From positions 256,001-320,000 of the forward strand of contig OZ245365.1 of the NCBI GenBank assembly GCA_965226495.1: a DNA stretch of 64,000 nt, read 5' to 3'. Every line of letters begins with the position of its first letter. Position 1 is the stretch's first letter. Below the pieces are notes generated by a model. That model did no database searches and was not told the origin of the DNA. It was given only the letters and a program-made list of their open reading frames with translations. A program made the translations under genes and the position numbers. This document shows positions 18,982 to 27,365 of this stretch, in pieces. The DNA comes from Candidatus Marinacidobacterales bacterium (GTDB taxonomy: Bacteria > Acidobacteriota > Vicinamibacteria > Marinacidobacterales > DATDRI01).

Positions 18982-20699
18982 GGTTTGACCTCCTGTCTTG
19001 GTAAATCCACCGCATCAGTCAATTTCTGAAGCTGTTGCCGGGCACCGTCGCCGGCAGCTGGATCGGATTGCACCGCGAGCTCGAAGGCTTCTCGGGCCTT
19101 GGTGGTATCGCCCAAGCCGAGATAGGCGAGCCCCAGGTGGTAATAGGCTTCGTAGCTCGGGTTGCCTTTCTCGATGCTTTTTTCCAGACTGTCGATCGCT
19201 TGGGGGTACTGACGAAGAATGACCTGAAGGCGTCCGTAGGTCAGAAGAAAAGAGGGGTTGTCGGGTTGTTCGCTGAGTGCCTGCCGGATCATGTCCTCGG
19301 CAGAATTCAGAGCCAAGTTGTGATCTAAGGAGAAACGGGCCAGTAGGTTCTTGAGATGCGGATTGTCGGGTGTCCGTTCGACGACTGTCTTGAGACCGTC
19401 CAGATAGATCAGGTACTGTTCGCGCGCCTCCTCACTCATTCCGAGGTCACGGTAGATATCCCCCAGTGTCTGGTTGTACCGGAAGGGGATCGGCTTGGGT
19501 ATCCGCAAGAGCTGCTCCAAAGCCAGCCTGGCATTCGGGAGGTCGGCCTTGGCTTGGTACTCTTCCCAGAGCTTCACATGGACGGTCACGTTGTCCTTAT
19601 CCACAGCCGCTACTTCTTCTATGTAGGCGGCCAAGTTCGTCTCATCCAGGTACTCGGGAAGCTTCACCTTTCCGCCGGGATGAATGGCGCTCAACGTGTC
19701 GCCCTCGATCTCCAGCGCCACCTGGTGGCCCCCTTCGTAGAGCTCGAGCATGCCGGTGTCGATGCTGATGTGTTTGCTGCCGAAGCGCGGCTCGATGACG
19801 CCTTGGGTCACGGTATGTCCCACGACCATGCGCTCCGCGTCCAGGTTGGCAAGAATCTGGTCCACCTCTTCCTTATGCGCATCCTGCTGCTTGCGGCTGA
19901 GTGGGACCTCTGAGAGCCCGCGATATTGTAGAGGCGACTTCAAGTGAAAGGTTAGCCCCTCCTCGAGGGGCGCCTTGCCGCTCAACTCCTTCTCGACTTC
20001 CTCATTCACCTTCTCGATGCCGAGCGCCGAGACCTCCTCGCTCCAATCGCCGTGCGTGAAGACGATACCGTTCAAACGAACTGCCACAGGGTTTCCGCGT
20101 ATCCACTTGCCATATTGACCACTCTTTGCGAACGCCGCGCGGTGGCCGAAGTAGCCGTGAGGGTATTTTTGAAGAAATATTTCCTGGGTCTCTTCCTTCG
20201 AAGGGATGATCCGGTTCGCTGATCTTGCCTCTTTGAGGTGTTCGTCATAGTAGATCTTAAAGGCGCGTTCCCACGTTTTCTCTGACTTCACATCGGAGAA
20301 GGTCTCGTATATCTCCGGTGTGATGTAGTCGGTGATCCCGACCATGTTGAAGGCTTCGTGGTTGCCGATGAGGACATGGACGCGGCCACCCGCCTTCTTG
20401 GCTTTCTTCTGGAGCTCCATGTAGAAGTCCAAACTCTTACGCGAGTCGGCGCCTCTATCGATCACGTCACCGACTTGAACCAAATGAGCCTCGCCACCGA
20501 TCCAATTGAGCTCGTCGTCGATCAGCTTGGCGTTCTTGAGCACGGTAAGAAGACTTTCGTACGCCCCGTGCACATCGCCTACCGCCACGATGCGCGGAAC
20601 GCCCGTCCAATCGTAGCGGAGCCGAGCCGCATCGGCAGGGACGTCGGCGGGCCCGACGGTGAACGCGGTCAGCAGGGCCAAAATGGCGAGTTTTTTCAC
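18978..20699 (-). CDS. Secreted PPP-family (Shewanella-like) metallophosphoesterase with C-terminal TPR repeats
   Basis: Signal peptide from GTG 20699 (KKLAILALLTAF..A). Motifs GDVHG, GDVIDRG, GNHE, THG, GHT and IDTG. TPR AYYHLGLAY..LG. 4-nt overlap with the kinase gene. Confidence 0.88.
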   Translation of the reverse strand: MKKLAILALLTAFTVGPADVPADAARLRYDWTGVPRIVAVGDVHGAYESLLTVLKNAKLIDDELNWIGGEAHLVQVGDVIDRGADSRKSLDFYMELQKKAKKAGGRVHVLIGNHEAFNMVGITDYITPEIYETFSDVKSEKTWERAFKIYYDEHLKEARSANRIIPSKEETQEIFLQKYPHGYFGHRAAFAKSGQYGKWIRGNPVAVRLNGIVFTHGDWSEEVSALGIEKVNEEVEKELSGKAPLEEGLTFHLKSPLQYRGLSEVPLSRKQQDAHKEEVDQILANLDAERMVVGHTVTQGVIEPRFGSKHISIDTGMLELYEGGHQVALEIEGDTLSAIHPGGKVKLPEYLDETNLAAYIEEVAAVDKDNVTVHVKLWEEYQAKADLPNARLALEQLLRIPKPIPFRYNQTLGDIYRDLGMSEEAREQYLIYLDGLKTVVERTPDNPHLKNLLARFSLDHNLALNSAEDMIRQALSEQPDNPSFLLTYGRLQVILRQYPQAIDSLEKSIEKGNPSYEAYYHLGLAYLGLGDTTKAREAFELAVQSDPAAGDGARQQLQKLTDAVDLPRQEVKP

Positions 20700-20811
20700 A
20701 ATGGTGCTCAGTGCGCTCTCCGGCCTTCGCTGGCCCACCGTAGGCCAACCAAGCTAGCTTCGGCCAGGTCCCGCCGAAGTCGATCAGTACATCGACTGAC
20801 GGAGGCGGACC

Positions 20812-20863
20812 CCCCCACGCCTCATGCTCCGTCGACTGGCGACTCCGCATGGGCTCAAGGCTG
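20812..20863 (-). repeat. Dispersed repeat family A, copy 2 (partial), next to a REP-like hairpin at 20758-20779
   Basis: Reverse complement of the family A core. Confidence 0.85.
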
Positions 20864-20893
20864 TGATCGCGCGCTTGCCGCCTCGATAGCACC

Positions 20894-21808
20894 CTAGCTG
20901 CTTGTACGAGGCTCAGACTGGAACAACGAGCTGAACAATCCCTGCAGCAGATCCACGTGATCTGCCAATACTTCGAACAACCGTTCCCGCTCGATACGGA
21001 GAGCCAAGCCTTCCCTCACCACATTGCCGCGCCAACCGAAGGGCGTTCCGGCGAGGGTTTCGTCGATGCCCAGCGCGTCGCCGGCCTTGACCATGAAGGC
21101 ACCCCCGCCGGTGTCTTCGGGAGGCTCGATCGATAGCTCCCCAGAGAGGATGATGTGGATCGCGGGTTGATCTCCCTCGCCGAAAATACGCTCACCTTTA
21201 AGGAGTGGTAACTCTTGGGCGATGGCGGTGAGGGCAAGTAGCTCCTCAGCCGTCGTTCTGGAAAAAACGGGTAGCTCTTGGAGTAGGAGCACTTTCTCTA
21301 TGGGTTTCAACTCCTCACCAACTCCCGTGACTAGGGACCTTTCTTCCGGGTGAACCGCGCGCTGACGGAGGCTCGGCCTTGCGTTGCCCGAAGGAGCGCT
21401 AAGCAACATCCGGAAGAGGCCCTGAGCCAGCTCGATGTTGTCCGACAAGAGGACACGAAACTCTTCGCTGGCGATGGCAAGGCAAATGGATGTTTCGACG
21501 GCAAGCGCGGTTTCTCGTAGGGGGGCGCCTTCCAGTACCTCCCGGAAACCGAACAGCGTCGGCGGACCCACTTCTTCTGCCTCCCGATGTTTACCCGAGA
21601 CGCGGATCTTGCCCTCGACCAAGACCTGGATGTACTCCACGGTTGCGCCTTCTTCTTGAATCGTGCGGCCCTCTTCGTGGCGCACCTGGCGGGCAATAGA
21701 TGAAATGCGAAAGAGCTCGTCGACGCCGACGAAGCTGAAGAGGGGGATCTGTCTCAGATTGTCGGCCAGCACGACGGCGGGAACCGGAGGAAGTAGCTCA
21801 AACTGCAT
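20894..21808 (-). CDS. Tandem cyclic-nucleotide-binding domains; probably the frameshifted C-terminus of the upstream transporter
   Basis: Two cNMP-like domains (L..IPLFS...L..I, I..EG, G..FG..E; L..LPVFS..T.EEL, IFGEGD). Overlaps the upstream ORF by 11 nt at a CCCC run. Confidence 0.75.
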   Translation of the reverse strand: MQFELLPPVPAVVLADNLRQIPLFSFVGVDELFRISSIARQVRHEEGRTIQEEGATVEYIQVLVEGKIRVSGKHREAEEVGPPTLFGFREVLEGAPLRETALAVETSICLAIASEEFRVLLSDNIELAQGLFRMLLSAPSGNARPSLRQRAVHPEERSLVTGVGEELKPIEKVLLLQELPVFSRTTAEELLALTAIAQELPLLKGERIFGEGDQPAIHIILSGELSIEPPEDTGGGAFMVKAGDALGIDETLAGTPFGWRGNVVREGLALRIERERLFEVLADHVDLLQGLFSSLFQSEPRTSS

Positions 21809-24602
21809 GGGGCCTCTCCTCTCCTAACCGATGGGCAGCCAGGGCGAAAGAGGCCGCTTCGAAAACAACGAAATCCTTGACATCGCGGAAAGCCAGGACT
21901 TCCTCGATGTCGTCCGCGAGAGACCAAAGCTTCCGTTCCCGAACCAGGTCGATGGCGGTGGCAGCCACCACCGGGTCGTCGTCGTAGATGAGTCGGGTTA
22001 ATGTTTCCTCTATACTGCGCACTCGGGTCTTCAAGAAGACGTTTCCCTTGCGTACTTTCTCCTCGAGCGGCAGCTCTTCGATGATGGGCATGAGTCGCTT
22101 CCTGAGGTCCCTGCTGAGCATGTTGTCGAGATACTCGGTGGCGCTGGCGCGGGAACGAGCTTCTCCGTGCTCGATCGTCCAACGTGCTGCCACCATGTCT
22201 TTCCACGGGTAAATCAGTCCCAAAAGCCCGTAGATGCGGTCCATCGCCCGTCGCGTCTTCTCCTCGACCGCACGGCCGACGAGCGAATCCGTGGACAGGC
22301 CCTCTTTTTCGAAGAGATTGTAGTGGATCCCCAAATAACGATAGTAGCGAAGGGCGTCCCGAAGGGCGAGTTTCTCCACCGGTTCGGCGTTGACCGTGAG
22401 CTCGGTGTGCTCCCGGCGCAACCTCCCTAGAGCGGTCACCGCCTTGTAGCGAATGAAGCCGTCGTCGTCCTCGAGTGCCTTGAGAAGGATGTCGATCGAC
22501 TTCTGTGATGGAATGAGGGCGAGGGTCCCCGGGATGTGACGCCGGACCCACAGGTTCTCATCGGGGTCGCTCAAGAAATAGGCGAGAGTGTCAAGCACCC
22601 CCTCTCCGTAACTGACCAGTACCTGCCGGGCGCTGTTCTTGAGCTGCCGATGACGCAAAAGCGATACCAACGAAGGCACGAACATATAGTCCGAGGTGCC
22701 GAAACGACTCACGCTCTCTATCGCTTCCTTAGCGACGTCGGTATGGGAATCGTACATTAGCGGGATCAGAAGACTCCGGAACACCGGATCCTTGATCTGG
22801 GGGATCGCGCGTGCGACCTGGCGGCGGCCCCCGGCCGCTCCGTCGCGCGTGTCGGAAGCGAGTCTTCTAAGGGCGCTCTCTGCAGAGTCCACGTCCTCGC
22901 TCCGCTCGCTTCCTCCCAGCGCCACCGCGGCGGCAGAGACTATGCGAGGATCGGAGTCGTCTAAATAGGGCCGCATCAGTTCGGTGATCTTCTCACTCCG
23001 GATAGCGGCCAGGGCGGACACGGCCGCGGCACGCACGTCGGGGCTTTCGTCCTTCAGCGCTCGCTCGACGGAGGGAGCCCAACGCTCCATCAGGTCGGGT
23101 CGTGCCGACTCCATGGCGGTCAGGGCGCGCGACCGCACGTCGGGCGAGGCATGATGGAGCAAGAGCGGCGTGATGAGGTTCCGCTTGTCGAGCGAGTCGA
23201 GTAGATCGATTGCGTAGAGAACGCGGTGCTCCTCGGGACTGCCGAGCTCTTCGACCAGAGCCTCTACGGTCGCCGCGTCGCCCAGCTGAGGCCTCATGCC
23301 CACCGGTTCGAGCTCCAAGTGCTCGATGCTCCTGCGGAAGCTTGCGGTGTACTCTTTCCTCGCCCTTCGTGCGAGAAACAGCCACAGAACACAAAAAGTC
23401 AGACTAAGAAAACTGAGCTGCACCCAGGTCGCACCGAATACTTTGATGGAGAGCAAGAGCAGCAGCGAGCCAATCCCTTTGCCTATGAACCGGTCGGCGG
23501 TGACGTCTACGAAGGCCTTGGCCTTTAGTTTGATCTCCTTAGGGAGAGGTTGAAAGAGAACTTCGCGAGTTGTTTTGTCTAGGCTGTAACGCAGGGAGGT
23601 ATCGGTTATGCGGGCCACCATCGTTGACCATAGAACGGGGTTGAACAAGATGAGTAGGGCGGTGGCGCCCAGGCTCATCGGCAAAACCATCAGCGCAAAG
23701 CCGATGCCGAGGAGCCGGTGAATGCGGCTCGTGAAGTAAACCTGGATGACAAAGCTGATTGCCGACAGGTAAAAAGTAATCTGCGCCAGGAAACCGACGA
23801 TACCGTCTTCATTGCTTACGAATTGCTCGGCGGCCATGTTGAGCTGCTGCTCGATGGTCACCGCGCCCAGAGCTGCAAACCCGATCACGAGAGAGATGAG
23901 TCGTAGATGCTTCGACTGACGCAGCATCGCTAGGGCTTCGCCGCCGCCCACGGTCTCCTTGGTGGGCTGATCCGAACCACCCTCTCTTGGTTGAGAGCGC
24001 CGCTGTATCTGAATAACCAGGAAGAAGGACACGACCAAGAGACCTGCACTGAGGAGAATCAGATTCACCGCTCCGACGGACTCCGCTAGTAAAGAAGTGA
24101 GTCCGGCGCCGGTCATGCCTCCCAGGCTGGCGCCCCCGCCAATGAACCCAAAGATTCGTTTTGCCTGGCGAGGATCGTAGATGTCGTTGGCGAGGGTCCA
24201 GAACTGACTGATGAGGAAGATCCCTACAAGCAACCGACCCCAGAAGTAGAAGGCCACGGAAACCCAAGTGCCGCCGGTCTGGAACAGGAACCAAAATGCA
24301 ACCAACGTCCCTACTACTGCGATCTGGGTCCCAGGCAGCACCCAAAGTCGAGGGACCTTGCCGACCAGGCGGCTGTAGAACTGCATGATGAAGCCCATGC
24401 CGACGCCGGCAAAGAGCATGACCCACGGCAGGTTGTCAGCCCCTACGTCGGCAATGAATTTTCCCGTAGCGGAGGGTTTGATGTTGTTGTATGCGGTCAT
24501 AACCAGGAAGGAGTAGATAAACATCATGACCGCGGTGGCGCCCTCACCTTCCCGGAGAGTGAGGATGGGAGAAAGAAGACGACGGATAAGTGAATCAGTC
24601 AT
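21798..24602 (-). CDS. Npt1/Npt2 (NTT/TLC, MFS) nucleotide translocase domain fused to HEAT repeats
   Basis: About 12 TM in the N-terminal half with FLVMTAY..IKP, ADNLPW, SQFWTLANDIYD..QAKRIFG.IG.G and RYSLDKTTRE.LF.PLP. HEAT repeats D.SPDVR.AAV.AL follow. Confidence 0.82.
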   Translation of the reverse strand: MTDSLIRRLLSPILTLREGEGATAVMMFIYSFLVMTAYNNIKPSATGKFIADVGADNLPWVMLFAGVGMGFIMQFYSRLVGKVPRLWVLPGTQIAVVGTLVAFWFLFQTGGTWVSVAFYFWGRLLVGIFLISQFWTLANDIYDPRQAKRIFGFIGGGASLGGMTGAGLTSLLAESVGAVNLILLSAGLLVVSFFLVIQIQRRSQPREGGSDQPTKETVGGGEALAMLRQSKHLRLISLVIGFAALGAVTIEQQLNMAAEQFVSNEDGIVGFLAQITFYLSAISFVIQVYFTSRIHRLLGIGFALMVLPMSLGATALLILFNPVLWSTMVARITDTSLRYSLDKTTREVLFQPLPKEIKLKAKAFVDVTADRFIGKGIGSLLLLLSIKVFGATWVQLSFLSLTFCVLWLFLARRARKEYTASFRRSIEHLELEPVGMRPQLGDAATVEALVEELGSPEEHRVLYAIDLLDSLDKRNLITPLLLHHASPDVRSRALTAMESARPDLMERWAPSVERALKDESPDVRAAAVSALAAIRSEKITELMRPYLDDSDPRIVSAAAVALGGSERSEDVDSAESALRRLASDTRDGAAGGRRQVARAIPQIKDPVFRSLLIPLMYDSHTDVAKEAIESVSRFGTSDYMFVPSLVSLLRHRQLKNSARQVLVSYGEGVLDTLAYFLSDPDENLWVRRHIPGTLALIPSQKSIDILLKALEDDDGFIRYKAVTALGRLRREHTELTVNAEPVEKLALRDALRYYRYLGIHYNLFEKEGLSTDSLVGRAVEEKTRRAMDRIYGLLGLIYPWKDMVAARWTIEHGEARSRASATEYLDNMLSRDLRKRLMPIIEELPLEEKVRKGNVFLKTRVRSIEETLTRLIYDDDPVVAATAIDLVRERKLWSLADDIEEVLAFRDVKDFVVFEAASFALAAHRLGEERPHAV

Positions 24603-24710
24603 AAGGTCTTTCGCTCTCTCAGCTTAGAAGTGCGGTGGATAAACGACCACCGGGAGAGTTATGTTATTTCAGTCTTGCCGTTGCGGCAAGTAAGGTGTTT
24701 GCGGTCGGAT

Positions 24711-25580
24711 TCAGGGCACGCGGAGGCTGGCCCTGGCTCGTTCGACTGATTCCATATACTCAGCGACCCTCTCAGGATCGACCGGATTCTCACCCTGGCC
24801 GTCAACTTTCATGCTAGTCCCAACGATGGTTCCGTCGGCGTAGCCAAGGAAATCCGCGATGTTGTCGGCCGCGGTTCCCGACCCCATGAGAATGGGCCTC
24901 TCTTTAGAGAGTTCTTTGGCTCGTCGCACCTTGTCGAGTGGCGGGGCGTCCCCGGTCATCCGCCCAGATACGATAAGTGCATCGGCTAGGTAGAAATCGG
25001 TCCATTCGATGTGGGTCTCGAGATCCAGGCCGGGGAACGGAACTGAATGCTTCTTGTCGACATCTGCGAATATCTTGATGTGCTCCGCATGCAGATGTTT
25101 CCGCTGGCGGAGCAGGCCGGCCGCACACCCGTGGTCGAGCTCTCCGGTATCCCAAAGCCTAGCGCCGGTCAGGATGCAGATGCGGACGAAACTTGCCCCG
25201 GAGGCTACCGCGATGGAGAGCGTGATTTCTCCGCCGTTGTGGATTACGTTGATGCCGGTGGGCACTTTGGCTGCTTTCACGACCTCACGTGCGGCGACCG
25301 CCTGGGCGGTCATCCCTTCGGGCAGTACTTCTTTCCCCACGAAGTACGGATGGTCCCACATGTTCTCCACGATGAGTCCGTCGACACCGGCTTGTTGGTA
25401 GGTCTCCACATCCCGAAGAGCCCATTCGATGATCGGCTCGATGCCTTGGCCGTCATAGTTGGGAGCACCGGGGAGGGGGGGCAAGTGCACCATGGCGATG
25501 ACGGGTTTTTCCACCCCGAACATATCGCTTAGGTGGGTTAAGCGAAGTGCGTCTTGCTTCTTCTTCCATTCGGGAGTCAA
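24711..25580 (-). CDS. BtpA/SgcQ family protein
   Basis: KPVIAMVHLPPLPGAP, GVDGLIVENM.D.PY, GINVIHN, ADVDKKH and DGTIVGTS.K. TTG start at 25580 with SD AAGGAG overlaps the upstream TGA. Confidence 0.85.
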   Translation of the reverse strand: MTPEWKKKQDALRLTHLSDMFGVEKPVIAMVHLPPLPGAPNYDGQGIEPIIEWALRDVETYQQAGVDGLIVENMWDHPYFVGKEVLPEGMTAQAVAAREVVKAAKVPTGINVIHNGGEITLSIAVASGASFVRICILTGARLWDTGELDHGCAAGLLRQRKHLHAEHIKIFADVDKKHSVPFPGLDLETHIEWTDFYLADALIVSGRMTGDAPPLDKVRRAKELSKERPILMGSGTAADNIADFLGYADGTIVGTSMKVDGQGENPVDPERVAEYMESVERARASLRVP

Positions 25581-26603
25581 CGGGACGGTCTCCTTTTTCT
25601 CCTGGCTCTTCGCGATAGGAGCTCCATGGTATCGCGAACCGCGGGATAGAAGCGCTGGAGCCTTGGACTGTTCTTCTCGCGCTCGATGATTTTGGCGAGC
25701 TCGGCTCGCGTTACCGCTTTGTGGGAGGATTCCGAGCCTACGACCGCGGCACCCGCGGCGTTTCCCAAGACGGCACAGGCCTCCGGACTTAACATCCGAG
25801 AGCATGCCAAGGATATAGCCGGCGTTGAAGGCGTCGCCGGCGCCGCACGTGTTGATGGCCTTGGACTCGAAGTGCGGTACTCGGAAAGTGGCTTGTTCCG
25901 TATAGACCCGACAGCCGCCGGCCCCGAGGGTCACCGCCACCTGATCTACTCCAAGCTCCCGGGCCTTACTCGCCGCGCGACTCAATCGACGCTCGTCGAA
26001 TGCGAGTCTCAGCTCTTGGGCACTCGGCAACGCCAGGGTGACGTGGCGTAAGGCACGGCGGAGCACGTCCGATGCACCGACGGCCGCCTCCCAGCCGAAG
26101 TCGAGCGATGTGGACGCCCCTCGCTTCCGTGCCGTTTCGAGGGCAAGCAACGCAGCCCGTCGCGACTCCTGTTCGATCAACGAATATCCGGAGACATGGA
26201 GGTGCCGAATGCCGTCGAGGGCTTCAACGATTCCTTCCCGCTGCAGCGCCATGTTCGCTCCGCGGACACCGATCAAAGTGCGCTCACCGTTCTCGACCAC
26301 GGGAATGACGCAGATGCCGGTTGGACGGGCGGGGTCTTTTTGAACTCCCCCGGTATGAACGCCGGCGCGGGTTAATTCTTTGAGAAGCGCTTGACCCTCG
26401 GGGTCTTTGCCGACCCGCCCGATGACGCTCGTTGGAACGCGGAGACGCGCCAACACGATGGCCGTATTGGCGGCCGAGCCCCCGAGAGCCCAGGCGCTGC
26501 CTTGGGCGGGGTTGTCCCGACCGGGTCTTGGAAACGAGCGGAGTCGTATGAAAAGATCACGGTTGATATCGCCAAGGACGGCAGCCTGCGGGCGTTTCGC
26601 CAA
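25577..26603 (-). CDS. PfkB/ribokinase family carbohydrate kinase with a +1 frameshift near 25790
   Basis: GGSAANTA..LARL, IGRVGKD..G, VTLG..G and NTCGAGDAFNAG. The expected C-terminal helix SPEACAVLGNAAGA lies in a different frame. Confidence 0.8.
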
Positions 26604-26709
26604 AGTGATCGCTCGTCTTCAAGGGCGTCAATCAACGAGGTCGGTAACCTCGAACTCGTTAGACGAACCCACCATAGCATAGCATCGGCGGCCTCCCCTG
26701 AGCCGGTTC

Positions 26710-27363
26710 CTACGGTTCTACGATGAGACGTCCACCCTCCGGTTGGCCGGGAGCTTCGGCCTCGGGAAGCTTCGCTAAAGCTCCCCGGAAGACTCGTTCG
26801 GCGGAGTCCAGATAGCTCTTCTGATTCTCGACTTGTTTTTGGTGCGTTTCGATAGCAGATTGAATGGTCTGCAACACGGTGAGCACATCGGCGTCGGAAG
26901 ACGGAGGCGCACCCGGCAACTCTTCACGCCGGGCCAGGGTTTCTCTAAGTCTAGTGATAATCGCTTGAAGTCGAAGGTCCTCGCTTTTGTGTTCGTAAAC
27001 GACACCCTTGGAGAGCGTATCGAAAGTGCGTGCCAGCGTGGACACAACCGCTGCGAGATCCGCGTCCCTGAGCTCGGCCCCTAGCTCATGTCGTGTTCGA
27101 ATCAGGAGAGAGTGAACGAAGACCAAAAGGGGGACCCGCTCGCGTGGGAGACCCGCGAAGTTGGAGAGGAAACGCATGTCATCCATTTGTCGGCCAGGGT
27201 GCTGCCATCGAGGATCATGCTCACCGTGGAGGTAGGGACAGTCCGCCGGACACTGGATCTCCACTCGTCGTTTGGTGCCACAGCAGCGCGAGCAAATGCC
27301 GTCGCCTCCGTGAGCGGGGCAGGACCGCTTGCCTTTAACTTTGCCGCAATACCAGCAGTGCAC
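26710..27363 (-). CDS. Hypothetical protein with N-terminal Cys-rich (zinc-binding) module
   Basis: CWYCG..KGKRSCPA....ICSRCCG.KR...IQCPADCPYL; GTG start 2 nt after the kinase stop. Confidence 0.7.
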   Translation of the reverse strand: MHCWYCGKVKGKRSCPAHGGDGICSRCCGTKRRVEIQCPADCPYLHGEHDPRWQHPGRQMDDMRFLSNFAGLPRERVPLLVFVHSLLIRTRHELGAELRDADLAAVVSTLARTFDTLSKGVVYEHKSEDLRLQAIITRLRETLARREELPGAPPSSDADVLTVLQTIQSAIETHQKQVENQKSYLDSAERVFRGALAKLPEAEAPGQPEGGRLIVEP

Positions 27364-27365
27364 TT

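Noticed and set aside
24711-26603. Novel 630-aa PfkB-BtpA fusion protein
   Set aside because: The PfkB C-terminal helix is in another frame and BtpA has its own SD/TTG, so the fusion results from a frameshift.
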